The notes beneath the pieces were generated by a model, which was not told the DNA's origin, did not search any database, and worked only from the letters and a program-made list of their open reading frames with translations. Of a stretch of DNA of 64,000 nucleotides, positions 9,178 to 19,675 are shown piece after piece (position 1 is the stretch's first letter; each line of letters begins with the position of its first letter). Source of the DNA: Desulfurivibrio sp. (GTDB lineage: Bacteria > Desulfobacterota > Desulfobulbia > Desulfobulbales > SURF-16); NCBI GenBank assembly GCA_003605035.1, contig QZKJ01000053.1:99507-163506 (forward strand), read 5' to 3'. The translations under genes were made by a program, and so were the position numbers.

Positions 9178-11214
9178 TCAGAGGAGAATTCTGTGGTCGG
9201 CCGGATCAGTATTTTCAGGCATGATCGGCAGGGTGATGGTAAAGATGCTGCCCTGCTGAAGCTGGGAATTCACGGAGATCGTGCCGCCGTGCTTTTCGAT
9301 GATGCCTAAGGAGACGGCAAGTCCCAGTCCTGTTCCGGCAAGTTCCTGTTTGGTGCTGAAAAAGGGTTTGAATATCTTGCGCAGATGATCCGGTTCAATG
9401 CCGCAGCCGCTGTCTTCGACGCTGATGGCCACCCGTTTGTCGAGCACTTTTGTGCTGATTTTGATGGTCCCGCCGCCGTTCTGGCAGGCATCGCGGGCGT
9501 TGGTCAGGAGATTGAGCAGCACCTGGCAGATCTGGTCTTTCACCACCAGGATCGCCGGCATGCTGGCGGCAAAATCCTTTTCAACCGTGATTTTCCTGTC
9601 GTTGAACTCCTTTTTGCACAGCAGCAGCATGTTGTCGATGGTCTGGTGGATGTCAATGGCTGCGTGCACGCCGGTGGACGGCCGGTTGAAATCCCGCAGG
9701 TTCTGGATGAGCTTCTTCATCCGGTCACATTCCTGAATGGCCAGCTCAAGCATCCGCTCATTCTGCGGGGAAAGGGTCTCGTGCTGCTGCACCCCGACGA
9801 GAATATTGATGATGGCAAAAAGAGGATTGTTGAACTCATGGGCGATGGAGGCGGAGAGCTTGCCGATGGCACTCAGTTTTTCGGCGTGCAGCAGCTGGTG
9901 CTGCGTCTGGAAAAGGGCCTCCTCGGCCTTGATGCGGTTGGAAATTTCGTACTGGAGTTCATCGATAAATCTCTTCAGTACGATGGTTCTTTGCTCGACC
10001 TTCTGCTCCAGTTCCTCATTGGCTTTGTGCAGGGCATTTTCCGCCTGTTTCTGATCCGTGATGTCACGGGCTATATGCACGGAGCCGAAGAGTTCGCCTT
10101 CGCGATTGAACAGCGGTGAGACGGAAATTTCAAAATAAACCCCGAAAAGTTCCATATACTGCACGGTCTTGTGTTCCCGGCGATCAGTGAGCAGCAGGGA
10201 ATGGGGGCAATAGGAGGGGGGGATGTCGGTGCCGTGCATGACCTGGTGACATTTCAAGCCGACGCATTGTTCAACCGGTTTGCCCACCAGTGCCGCCATG
10301 GCCTTGTTAAGCCGGATGATGCGGTGTTCCTTGTCGAGCAGGACAATGGGGTCCGGCACCGCATCAAAGGTCCGCTCCCACTCCTGTTTCGCCCGGCTGA
10401 TGAGATCTTCCGCCCGTTGTTTATCAAGAATCTCCTGCTGCAGCTTGCGGTTGATGGTGAGAATCTTCTGGGCCAGGGCAAAAAACAGCGAGAAGGTGAG
10501 GGTGAAGATGGTACTAAAAATCGCCAGCTCCACCAGCTGGTATTTTCTGGCCAGGCTTTTCTCCTGGATATCCAGTTCATGCAGCCGTTTGGTGTTGATG
10601 AAATAGATGCTGTTGCCCGCCTCGCTGATTTTGTCAAACAGCGGTTCCGTATTCTTGAGAAATCGATGCAGCTCCTGCTGGGCCTGGAACAGGTCGCTGT
10701 TTTGTCCGGCGGCCTGCTGGAGAAGGTCGCGCCGGTGCAGCAGGTTTTCCAGGATCACCACTTTTTCTTCAATCTCGGCCAGCAGGGGATTGACCTCGAG
10801 CAGTTCGATCAGATACCTTTCCTGGTCGGTCTTCAGGTAGGGAATTTCGTCAATCAGTTCATCCTGCTGCGAAGAATGACGGATTGCCTTATGAAACACC
10901 CCGCCGCTTTCAATGACCTTGAGGGCAGTGCGTATATCGGCGAGCTCCTGGTGAATGAGGTGCTGGGTAAAATTGCGTTTTTCTTTGCGTGTTTCAGCGA
11001 GCAGCTGGTAAAACTGGGCGCTTGCCTTATGCAGGTCGCTGACGATCTGCTCCCCGATAATCCGTCGCGCCCTTTCATTGGCCGCGGTTTTTTCCAGCCG
11101 GGTGAGCAGATGGTGGAAATAGAAATGGGTGGACATCAACAGAAAGGCCCCTGACAGCATGACGGCCACCAGGGCAAAAAGGGAGGAGAGGGGATATTGG
11201 CGTGATGATTTCAC
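9178..11214 (-). CDS. PAS-domain sensor histidine kinase
   Basis: 678-aa ORF with two N-terminal TM segments, a PAS region, the H-box SASIAHEFNNPL, and N/G boxes (LLTNARDA, DSGCGI, GTGLGLAVS). Confidence 0.9.
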   Translation of the reverse strand: MKSSRQYPLSSLFALVAVMLSGAFLLMSTHFYFHHLLTRLEKTAANERARRIIGEQIVSDLHKASAQFYQLLAETRKEKRNFTQHLIHQELADIRTALKVIESGGVFHKAIRHSSQQDELIDEIPYLKTDQERYLIELLEVNPLLAEIEEKVVILENLLHRRDLLQQAAGQNSDLFQAQQELHRFLKNTEPLFDKISEAGNSIYFINTKRLHELDIQEKSLARKYQLVELAIFSTIFTLTFSLFFALAQKILTINRKLQQEILDKQRAEDLISRAKQEWERTFDAVPDPIVLLDKEHRIIRLNKAMAALVGKPVEQCVGLKCHQVMHGTDIPPSYCPHSLLLTDRREHKTVQYMELFGVYFEISVSPLFNREGELFGSVHIARDITDQKQAENALHKANEELEQKVEQRTIVLKRFIDELQYEISNRIKAEEALFQTQHQLLHAEKLSAIGKLSASIAHEFNNPLFAIINILVGVQQHETLSPQNERMLELAIQECDRMKKLIQNLRDFNRPSTGVHAAIDIHQTIDNMLLLCKKEFNDRKITVEKDFAASMPAILVVKDQICQVLLNLLTNARDACQNGGGTIKISTKVLDKRVAISVEDSGCGIEPDHLRKIFKPFFSTKQELAGTGLGLAVSLGIIEKHGGTISVNSQLQQGSIFTITLPIMPENTDPADHRILL

Positions 11215-11399
11215 GGCGTTGGCGCAGTTATTTGATTAAAAAAAGACATTGCATGAACAGGGTCTATTCTTGAGGTGAAGCAGGTTCTCTGCCTGAGCTG
11301 AATCTCGCTGTCAGAAATGACTGCGCTTGTTGCTGTCCCAGAACTTACTATAGCAATTACAGATTATTTGGGAAACTTTTTTGCGAACCGGGGAGGGAA

Positions 11400-11424
11400 A
11401 TCAGAGCAGCAGAGCTGCTCTGAT
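11400..11424 (-). terminator. hairpin terminator after the TPR gene
   Basis: 11-bp stem ATCAGAGCAGC/GCTGCTCTGAT with a 3-nt loop, flanked by AAA and TTT. It lies 24 nt past the TPR stop. The U-tail is short. Confidence 0.5.
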
Positions 11425-11447
11425 TTCGGAGAGGGGCTTGCCGGCAA

Positions 11448-12062
11448 TTATTGCTGTGCTTTGATGGAGGTGATGATTTCGGAGACGAGCTGGCCATTGG
11501 GCGCCTTGGCGTCAGGATGAAGTTTCACCAGTTCCTCCCAGGTCTTGATTGCCCCGTCACGGTCTTTCAGGTCGTAGAACTGCACGACGCCCCGGTTGAA
11601 TCTGGCCGTGGCATGGTTCTGGTCAAGCGCGATGGCCCGGTCGAAGGCGGCAATCGCCTCGGTGAAGCTGCCATTGCGGCGATACATGACGCCCAGATCG
11701 GTCAGCACGTCGGCATTGTCCGGTTTCAGGGCAAGGGATTTGTTGTAGGCCTCAATGGCCTTGCCGGGATTGTCGCTGTCAAAATAATAGTTGCCGAGTT
11801 CAATCCATGCCTGGGTGTTGTCCGGATGGGCGATCACCTCTTTTTCCAGGGCCAGGATGGCCTGGGTGATCTGCGGGTCGACAGCCGGGGGCTGGCCTTG
11901 CTGCTGAACGGCCTGCTGACTGACAGGGGCCGGGGGCGGACCTGATTTGTAAACGCTGAAAACAATTCCTGCCAGAAAACCGAAGGCAAGAGCTACCAGG
12001 ACACCGAACCACATTGTTTCTTTTTTTATATAACCGTCAGGGATATTCACGTTGTTTGTCAA
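11448..12062 (-). CDS. membrane-anchored tetratricopeptide-repeat protein
   Basis: 204-aa ORF with one N-terminal TM helix and a Pro/Gln linker, followed by TPR-like repeats (AWIELGNYYF..AIEAYNKSLALKPDNA..). Confidence 0.75.
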   Translation of the reverse strand: MTNNVNIPDGYIKKETMWFGVLVALAFGFLAGIVFSVYKSGPPPAPVSQQAVQQQGQPPAVDPQITQAILALEKEVIAHPDNTQAWIELGNYYFDSDNPGKAIEAYNKSLALKPDNADVLTDLGVMYRRNGSFTEAIAAFDRAIALDQNHATARFNRGVVQFYDLKDRDGAIKTWEELVKLHPDAKAPNGQLVSEIITSIKAQQ

Positions 12063-12325
12063 TGGTCTTACCTCATGCTTGTCGAATGATCAGTTTTGTG
12101 AGCGGCGGAAGGGGATCCGCAGGAAAATTTGCCCAGAGCGGAATATGAAAAAACATTATTATCAATGTGAGTAGCGGTCAAGCTGAAAAGTTCAAATAAT
12201 TGAATCATGCAACAGATCTGCGGTAGAAAAAAATTGATTTGCGTTTGTAGCGGCTGAAGAGGCATGAACGACATTATAACGCGATAACGCCTGCTTGTGA
12301 TCATGCGGCAGAAAAGGCCTGTAAA

Positions 12326-12341
12326 TGGCATACAACTTGTA
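12326..12341 (+). promoter_or_regulatory. weak sigma-54-like -24/-12 element upstream of the NifX-like gene
   Basis: TGGCAT-N5-TTGTA has correct spacing but GT instead of GC at -12. It lies 85 nt upstream of the ATG at 12426. Confidence 0.3.
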
Positions 12342-12425
12342 GTTCAATCAGGCCATCATTGCCACGATTGGAGGGGGTGTTCAGTTCATTTCCCGGACTG
12401 TCAACTCACTGGCCAAGGAGGAGAT

Positions 12426-12725
12426 ATGCGTATAGCCGTTGTGTCGAGCGACAAAAAAATGGTGAACGAACGTTTTGGCAAGGCAAAGAGGTTTTTGATC
12501 TATGAGCAGACCGGCAACGGCCTGCAATTTGTGGGAGAACGGGTTTCTGAGCCGTTTTTCGCCGATTTTTTTGATCAGGATATGTGCGACTGGATCGCCG
12601 ATATTATCAAGGACTGCCAGAAAGTGTATATGGCTACCATCAGTAAGGCTGCGGAGCGGGCGATGACCAGCCGCGGCATCACCCCAGTAATCTATCATGG
12701 TCCGATAGATAAAATTACCCTTTGA
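12426..12725 (+). CDS. NifB/NifX-family (dinitrogenase FeMo-cofactor biosynthesis domain) small protein
   Basis: The ORF-track frame 12297..12725 was trimmed to the ATG at 12426, which follows AAGGAGGAG. MRIAVVSSDKKMVNERFGKAKRFLIYE is the typical start of this domain. Confidence 0.75.
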   Translation: MRIAVVSSDKKMVNERFGKAKRFLIYEQTGNGLQFVGERVSEPFFADFFDQDMCDWIADIIKDCQKVYMATISKAAERAMTSRGITPVIYHGPIDKITL

Positions 12726-13192
12726 AAAAGAAGATATCCAGGCATAAGGGCGGGCTGCCGCAGTTGACGGATGATGATTTTCTTTTCGGCAGTGATTTTC
12801 CGGAAAAGGAGCAGGAGTCCTTTGCCGAGATGTTTGATCCCGCCACTTTTGACCGGGAAGCGCCGGCGCTCATCAACAGCCAGCGGGCGGGCAACCCCGC
12901 CAAAAAACTGATCTATCCCCCTCCCCAGCAATATCTGGACCTGCATGGCCTGACCGGGCAGGAGGCGGAGCGCAAGGTGACGAGTTTTCTGCTGACCGCG
13001 CGGCAAAAAGGGCTCAGGACCGTGGCCGTCATCACCGGCAAGGGCCTTCATTCAGAGGGGCTGCCGGTACTGCGGGATCTGCTGGAAAGCATGGCCAAGG
13101 CCATGAGAGCCGACGGGGAAATCAGAAATTATGTCTGGGAAAACGGGCAGTTGGAGAAAAGCGGGGTCGTTATCCTCTATCTGCAGGAATAG
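12722..13192 (+). CDS. Smr (MutS2 C-terminal-like) domain protein
   Basis: 156-aa ORF with the Smr motif LDLHGLTGQEA...VITGKG. Its TTG start overlaps the upstream stop (TTTGA), which suggests translational coupling. Confidence 0.75.
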   Translation: MKKKISRHKGGLPQLTDDDFLFGSDFPEKEQESFAEMFDPATFDREAPALINSQRAGNPAKKLIYPPPQQYLDLHGLTGQEAERKVTSFLLTARQKGLRTVAVITGKGLHSEGLPVLRDLLESMAKAMRADGEIRNYVWENGQLEKSGVVILYLQE

Positions 13193-14019
13193 CGCAGCAT
13201 CTCCCTGATTTCTGCGAGGATTGCCCTGTCCGGATAAAAGGGCGGTTCCGGGCTCTCCGGCAGCGGGATGTAATGGCTGAGGGCAAAGGGGGTGGAGGCG
13301 ATGTGCAGATTGTAGGCATGGACCAGCAGGGGCTCCAGGTTGACCGCATCGGCTACATTGTAGGCCAACAGGGTTTGCAGGGCCCTGGCATTGCCGCTGC
13401 GGGCAAATTCCTGCCAGAGAAGCACGGCCCAGTAGCCGTCCACCCCGTCCAGGTCCAGCCGGTTGATCCCCAGCTGTCTTTCGCATCCTTTCAGCCCGCC
13501 CCGGTAACCCAGCCTGGCCAGAATGTAGCGCAGATCAATATGCACCTGATTGAGTCTGGTGCGCAGGCATGATTCAATCACCGGCACATCGAAGTTTTTA
13601 CCGCTGTAGGTGACAATAACCTCATAATCATCGATATCATCAACGAACTGCTCCAGGTTGCGGCCCTGCACATAGGTGCGGATTGCCCGGCCGTCGTAAA
13701 GGGCGATGGTGGTGATTTCACACTGGCCCACCTCCTGGCCGTTGGTCTCGATGTCAAGGTAGGCGGTCCGCTCGCGAAAATGCGGGAAAAGCCGCCAGTG
13801 ATGCGCGGGCTGCAGCAGTTTTGCGTAAAAGGCGGCAGAGCCGTCCTGCTGTTCAAGGTAGTGGTCCAGATGATAGGTGACCAGCCTGATCTTTGCCTGG
13901 CTCAGACTGGCGGGAAAGGGCGGCTGCCATTGATCCCAGGTGTGAATGCCGGCCTGCCAGATCTGTCTTTCGGTTTTTTCTCCTATGCCCGGGATGTGGA
14001 TGAAGGTGTTAAGCAGCAT
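13177..14019 (-). CDS. RNase H-like (YprB-type) predicted exonuclease domain protein
   Basis: 280-aa ORF with an HhH-like N-terminus (IPGIGEKTERQIW) and a YLDIETNG DEDD-type motif. Its 3' end overlaps the convergent Smr gene by 16 nt. Confidence 0.7.
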   Translation of the reverse strand: MLLNTFIHIPGIGEKTERQIWQAGIHTWDQWQPPFPASLSQAKIRLVTYHLDHYLEQQDGSAAFYAKLLQPAHHWRLFPHFRERTAYLDIETNGQEVGQCEITTIALYDGRAIRTYVQGRNLEQFVDDIDDYEVIVTYSGKNFDVPVIESCLRTRLNQVHIDLRYILARLGYRGGLKGCERQLGINRLDLDGVDGYWAVLLWQEFARSGNARALQTLLAYNVADAVNLEPLLVHAYNLHIASTPFALSHYIPLPESPEPPFYPDRAILAEIREMLRYSCR

Positions 14020-14205
14020 AGGCGATCAGCGGATGGGGAGAGGTGCATGAGAAAAACCCGGGTTTCTGAGGAAAACCCGGGCCGTTTAACCAGCTTGGCC
14101 TGCCCGCCGGGCGCTGGGCCCGGCGGGAGGAAATGAAACACGTGCCGGCAGCAGAGAGGTTGTTGCCTGTTTTCTCCGCTGCCGTCGGCATTTTGCCGGG
14201 CCGGT

Positions 14206-14243
14206 TGCTGAAAAACAGACGGCAGCCGCAGTTTTTCAGCAAC
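14206..14243 (-). terminator. hairpin 14 nt downstream of glnN
   Basis: Perfect 12-bp arms TTGCTGAAAAAC / GTTTTTCAGCAA with a 14-nt loop. There is no U-tail. Confidence 0.4.
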
Positions 14244-14256
14244 CTGGTGAGGCGGC

Positions 14257-16383
14257 TTACAGCTTGAACAGCATATCGCTGTATACCGGCACCGGCCAGA
14301 GATCGCTGGGCATAAGCACCTCCATGGCGTCAATGTCGGCCCGCAGATCGTTGAGACTCGCCCGTACCTTGTCACGGAAGGCGACCGCCTGTTTGTCCAC
14401 CTTGTCAATGGTCTGGGCCTTGGCGGTCTCGTCTTCGAGTTTCTTGAGTTTCTTGTTTGCCGAAGTGAGCAGACTGCCGATGGTCTCCAGCAGTTCCTTC
14501 TGCACGGAGGCGGATTTGCCGGCCGCGGCGACGGAGCTGCCGAGTTCGGTCATGTAGCGGATGGCCGCCGGCATATACAGTCTGCGCACCATCTGCATGG
14601 CGGTCTGCGCCTCGATATTGAGCTGTTTTGAGAACTGTTCCGTGTAGATGTCGTAGCGGGAATGCATCTCTTCCTTGCTGAGCACGTTGTACTTGGCGAA
14701 CAGCTTGAAGGACTTGGGGGTGATAAAGGACTTCAGCGCGTCAACCGTGGTTTTGACATTGGGCAGCCCTCTTTTTTCCGCTTCCTTCTCCCACTCCGGG
14801 CTGTAGTTGTTGCCGTTGAAGATGATCTTCTCATGGTGCTTCACGGTGTCCTTGATGATATTGAGGATCTCGGCGTTGACGTCCTTGGCCTTCTCCAGGC
14901 GGCCGGCGATTTCATCAAGGGACTCGGCGGCGATGGTGTTCAAGGCCACGTTGGGTCCGGAAATCGACTGGGATGAACCAACCATGCGGAATTCAAATTT
15001 GTTGCCGGTAAAGGCAAAGGGCGAGGTGCGGTTGCGGTCGGTGTTGTCCTTGGGCAGTTCGGGCAGTGAGTCGACGCCGATTTTCAGCATTCTGCAGCCC
15101 GAATCAGAGCAGATTTTCTCCCCCTTGGCCAGGCCGGTAAGGATCCTGGCCAGTTCTTCGCCGAGGAATACGGAAATAATGGCCGGCGGCGCCTCGTTGG
15201 CGCCCAGGCGATGATCGTTGCCGGAACTGCCGCAGGTGGCGCGCATGATGTCGGCATGGGTGTCCACAGCCTTCAGCAGGGCGCAGAGGAAAACGAGAAA
15301 CTGGGCGTTGTCCTCAGGGGTGGTGCCGGGTTCAAGCAGATTGATGCCGTCATCGGTGGAGAGCGACCAGTTGTTGTGCTTGCCGGATCCGTTGACCCCG
15401 GCATAGGGTTTTTCATGCAGCAGGCAGACCATGCCGTGGCGCAGGGCAACCTTCTGCATGGTTTCCATGACCAGCTGGTTGTGATCGGCCGCGATGTTGG
15501 TAGTGGCGAATACAGGGGCCATCTCGTACTGGGCCGGGGCCACCTCGTTATGCTTGGTCTTGGAGGTGATGCCCATTTTCCACAGTTCAATGTCAAGATC
15601 CTTCATGAAGGCGGAAACACGGTCCTTGATGGAGCCGAAATACTGGTCTTCAAGCTCCTGTCCCTTGGGGGCCGGGGCGCCGAAAAGGGTTCTGCCGCAG
15701 GTAAGCAGGTCAAGCCGCTGCAGGTAGTATTCTTTTTCCACCAGGAAATATTCCTGCTCGGAGCCGACGGTGGAGGTGACCCGTCTGGAGGTGGTGTTGC
15801 CGAGGGCCTTCAGAACACGCAGGGCCTGGGTTGATACCGCGGACATGGAGCGCAGCAGCGGCGTTTTTTTGTCCAGGGCCTCGCCCTTGTAAGAGCAGAA
15901 GGCGGTGGGGATGCACAGGGTGACGTTGCCCGCGGCGTCTTCCTTGAGAAAGGCGGGCGAGGTGCAGTCCCAGGCGGTATAGCCCCGGGCCTCAAAGGTG
16001 GCGCGCAGTCCGCCGCTGGGGAAAGAGGAGGCGTCCGGCTCGCCCTGAATGAGCTGTTTGCCGGAGAACTCCATGATCACGCTGCCATCCATGGTCGGCG
16101 CGATAAAGGAGTCATGTTTCTCCGCGGTTGAGCCGGTAAGGGGCTGAAACCAGTGGGTATAATGGGTGGCGCCTTTTTCGATGGCCCAGTCCTTCATGGC
16201 ATTGGCGACCACGGCGGCGATTTCCGGTTTCAACGCAACCCCCATTTTAATCGTTTCCTTCAGATCCTTGTAGGTTTCCTTGGGCAGCCGCTCCTTCATG
16301 ATTTTTTCGCTGAAGACATTGGAGCCGAAAAGCTCCGGCACGTTGAGGTTGGTACATTCAGGGCAGTTACATTCGATACACAT
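14257..16383 (-). CDS. glnN: glutamine synthetase type III
   Basis: The ORF-track frame was trimmed to the ATG at 16383, which follows AAGGAGAA. About 708 aa with the [24 protein letters not shown]-terminus and a length typical of GSIII. Confidence 0.9.
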   Translation of the reverse strand: MCIECNCPECTNLNVPELFGSNVFSEKIMKERLPKETYKDLKETIKMGVALKPEIAAVVANAMKDWAIEKGATHYTHWFQPLTGSTAEKHDSFIAPTMDGSVIMEFSGKQLIQGEPDASSFPSGGLRATFEARGYTAWDCTSPAFLKEDAAGNVTLCIPTAFCSYKGEALDKKTPLLRSMSAVSTQALRVLKALGNTTSRRVTSTVGSEQEYFLVEKEYYLQRLDLLTCGRTLFGAPAPKGQELEDQYFGSIKDRVSAFMKDLDIELWKMGITSKTKHNEVAPAQYEMAPVFATTNIAADHNQLVMETMQKVALRHGMVCLLHEKPYAGVNGSGKHNNWSLSTDDGINLLEPGTTPEDNAQFLVFLCALLKAVDTHADIMRATCGSSGNDHRLGANEAPPAIISVFLGEELARILTGLAKGEKICSDSGCRMLKIGVDSLPELPKDNTDRNRTSPFAFTGNKFEFRMVGSSQSISGPNVALNTIAAESLDEIAGRLEKAKDVNAEILNIIKDTVKHHEKIIFNGNNYSPEWEKEAEKRGLPNVKTTVDALKSFITPKSFKLFAKYNVLSKEEMHSRYDIYTEQFSKQLNIEAQTAMQMVRRLYMPAAIRYMTELGSSVAAAGKSASVQKELLETIGSLLTSANKKLKKLEDETAKAQTIDKVDKQAVAFRDKVRASLNDLRADIDAMEVLMPSDLWPVPVYSDMLFKL

Positions 16384-16664
16384 TGTTCTTTTCTCCTTGC
16401 ATAATGATTGCTGAATTATGACTCCCCTGCAGGGAATATTCATGTTTTCAGAATGGTTGCGCGGCAAGTTCTTCTGTCATGCCTTTGCCTGAGGTCTTGC
16501 TCGCATGGTGGCAGTTTTATCACTATCTCCCGCAAATATGCTGACCCGCCCGGCAGCAGGTGAGTAACCGGAGCTTCGCAGGTGCGCAGATTTACACAAC
16601 TGAACGGGCCTTAATTTTCCATATTCCGCCGCCGGAGGCAAGTTTTTTTATTTGTTACAAATTT

Positions 16665-16678
16665 GTAATAATCAAGAC
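16665..16678. promoter_or_regulatory. perfect 14-bp palindrome between glnD and glnN
   Basis: TTACAAATTTGTAA sits in an AT-rich block ~280 nt upstream of the glnN ATG. It overlaps a possible TTGATT -35 on the minus strand. Confidence 0.3.
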
Positions 16679-16704
16679 GTAAATGTATAAATTTTGGTAA
16701 ACCG

Positions 16705-19227
16705 TCAGGCGGCGGCATGCAGCAGGCCGTTTTTTATTTCATTCTTGAAGGCCGGATCTTCAATCTTGAGGCCCTGATGATCCAGCACATAAAAGACATC
16801 CACCACCTGGTCCGCCTTGGTGCCGATTTTGGCGCGGAAGGTGTTGATGCCGAACTCGGACAGGGTGCGGGTAACATCATAAAGCAGGCCCGGTCTGTTT
16901 ACCGCGTAGACCTCGATCACCGTGAAATTGTCGGAGGCGTCCGGGTCGATGATCACCTTGGCCGGCTGCCGCTGGCCCATCTGCGCGGTGGCGGCGCGCA
17001 GAGCGGAAAGTTTCCGGTGGAGCCGGTGGGTGAGGCCGATGCGGAAATGAATCGCCTTGCCCAGGTCATCCTCCAGGGTCTGCCAGTTCTGGTCTTCAAA
17101 CTGATTGTCCAGGGTCGATGTCACATGAAGTATATCAACAATCGTGCCATCAAGCCAGGTGTAGATCTGGGCGGCCAGCACTTTCAGATTATGCAGAGCC
17201 ATCACCCCGCAGATTTTGCTTAAGATGCCGGGCCGGTCCTGGGCCATGATCAGGATCGACCAGTGGCCTTTTTCCTCGCTCGGCTTGACGATCACCTCAT
17301 GGTTCTGCAATTCTTCATGCAGGCGGATATGGCGGACCACCTCGTCAGGCGAGTTGCCGAGCAGGTAGTCGTCCGGCAGGATTTTCAAGGGAAGGGGAGG
17401 GCTGTCGCCGAGCAGGGCGGACACCTGCGTTCTCATCCAGGCGATCTCCTCCCGGGGATCAGGCAGGGTGAGGTCGTCACGGTTTAAGGTGTTGGCTATC
17501 TTCAGGTAGAGTTCCAGCAGCAGCGCCGCCTTCCAGTCCGACCAGGCGGAGGGGCCGGTGGCTTTGGCGTCGGCGATGGTCAACAGATACAGCATGGTCA
17601 GCCGGTCCGGATCATTGAGCTGTTTGGCGCAGCGGAGAATAAGGGCCTCGTCTTCCAGGTCCCGGCGCTGGGCGATTTCCGCTAAAAAAAGGTGTTCGCG
17701 CACCAGAAAGGTGAGGCATTTGATGTCAGCCTCAGGCATGCCCAGCCGTCTGGCGATGTCGCCAGCCAGTTCGGCGCCGTATTCCGAATGGTTCTTCCCG
17801 TGCCCTTTGCCGATATCGTGCAGCAGGGCGGCAAGAAAAAGGATGTAGGGTGAAGCCACGGTGATAAAGAGCGCATGCTCAAGGGTGCGGAGTTGATTGA
17901 CCTCCTCCACCGTCTGCAGCAGGTGGCGGTCCACGGTGAAAACATGATAGATGTCATGCTGGGCCAGGGATTTCAGGTGCAGAAATTCCGGGATAAAGGC
18001 GGTAAGCAGGCCGCTTTCCAGCATGTCGGTAAGGGCCGGCAGCGGGTATGGCCCCTGCAGGGTTTCCAGAAAGGCCTTGTTCATCCTTTTGGCATTGCGT
18101 GTCTTGTCGTTAATCAGCTGCAGATTGCCGCTGATCAGTTTTTTGGTGCGATGGTGCAGGGGGTTGCCGGTCTGGGCAACGTTGGAGAAAACCCGCATCA
18201 GCAGGTGAGGCCGCTTAGCCGCCAGGGCGATATCGCTCAGATGGATGCGCCCCTGGCGCAGGGTGATCCCTTTTTCCAGCTCCTTATCCTGCTGTTTGCC
18301 GGTCTGCGCAAGCCCCAGCACCTCGATGGCATGCTCGAAAAAGAGATCCGTGGTCAGCGCCACTGTCTGCAGCTGGGCATGGATGTCGCGCATGAAGCGC
18401 TCGACGCCGAGCATGCCCTGCTGGTCTTTGTAGCCGAAGGCCTTGGCCATTTCCTCCTGGTGCTCGAAAAAGAGCTGGTCGTTTTTGCGGCCGCTGAGGT
18501 AATGGAGGCGGTTGCGTGTTTTGATCAGGATGTCGCTGGCCTGGACAAAGGCCTGCAGCTCTTCTGTTGATATCAGGCCGGCCCTCTCCAGATCCTGCGG
18601 CTTTTTGAGGTTGAAAAGCACCTGGGCGGACCAGAGCATGGCCTGGATGTCGCGGAAGCCGCCGCGACTTTCCTTGATATGCGGTTCCAGCAGAAAGCTA
18701 TGGTTGCCGAAGCGTTCATGCCGTTTCTGGCGGTGAAAAAGCATGTCCTGCAGAAAGGTTTTGCGCTGGCCTGCCACAAATGTTTTCTCGAAATCCGCCA
18801 GCAGGACGGCGAACAGTTCGCCTGAACCGGCAAGGTGGCGGGCGTCAAGCAGGGAGACCAGCAGAAAAAAATCCTTGCCCGCCTGTTCCATGCAGGTGGC
18901 GGGTGTTCTGACCCCATGCCCCACCTCAAGCCCGGCATCCCAGAGCGGATAGAATATGGCTTCAGCCACCTCGTTGAGCTCTTTTTCCGCCTCCGGCCGA
19001 TACAGCAGCATGAGGTCGATATCCGAGTAGGGGAAGAGTTCTTTGCGGCCGTATCCCCCCAGGGCGACCAGGCACATGTTTTCCGGATCCGCGCCGCTTT
19101 GCCTGAAATACTCCTGCAGTGCCGCATCCATCAGGCTGGTGTGTTTTTCCACCAGGGCATGTCCGGAGAGCCCCTGGCGCCACAAGGTTTCCAGGGCGTC
19201 ACGTCTGGCGCGCAGTTCCGTCACCAT
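16705..19227 (-). CDS. glnD: [protein-PII] uridylyltransferase/uridylyl-removing enzyme
   Basis: 840-aa ORF with a nucleotidyltransferase motif (GGYGRKELFPYSDIDL), an HD domain (LLHDIGKG) and two C-terminal ACT-like regions. Confidence 0.93.
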   Translation of the reverse strand: MVTELRARRDALETLWRQGLSGHALVEKHTSLMDAALQEYFRQSGADPENMCLVALGGYGRKELFPYSDIDLMLLYRPEAEKELNEVAEAIFYPLWDAGLEVGHGVRTPATCMEQAGKDFFLLVSLLDARHLAGSGELFAVLLADFEKTFVAGQRKTFLQDMLFHRQKRHERFGNHSFLLEPHIKESRGGFRDIQAMLWSAQVLFNLKKPQDLERAGLISTEELQAFVQASDILIKTRNRLHYLSGRKNDQLFFEHQEEMAKAFGYKDQQGMLGVERFMRDIHAQLQTVALTTDLFFEHAIEVLGLAQTGKQQDKELEKGITLRQGRIHLSDIALAAKRPHLLMRVFSNVAQTGNPLHHRTKKLISGNLQLINDKTRNAKRMNKAFLETLQGPYPLPALTDMLESGLLTAFIPEFLHLKSLAQHDIYHVFTVDRHLLQTVEEVNQLRTLEHALFITVASPYILFLAALLHDIGKGHGKNHSEYGAELAGDIARRLGMPEADIKCLTFLVREHLFLAEIAQRRDLEDEALILRCAKQLNDPDRLTMLYLLTIADAKATGPSAWSDWKAALLLELYLKIANTLNRDDLTLPDPREEIAWMRTQVSALLGDSPPLPLKILPDDYLLGNSPDEVVRHIRLHEELQNHEVIVKPSEEKGHWSILIMAQDRPGILSKICGVMALHNLKVLAAQIYTWLDGTIVDILHVTSTLDNQFEDQNWQTLEDDLGKAIHFRIGLTHRLHRKLSALRAATAQMGQRQPAKVIIDPDASDNFTVIEVYAVNRPGLLYDVTRTLSEFGINTFRAKIGTKADQVVDVFYVLDHQGLKIEDPAFKNEIKNGLLHAAA

Positions 19228-19228
19228 T

Positions 19229-19648
<420 letters not shown>

Positions 19649-19675
19649 CTAAGTGATTTTTTGGCTGACGCTGCA

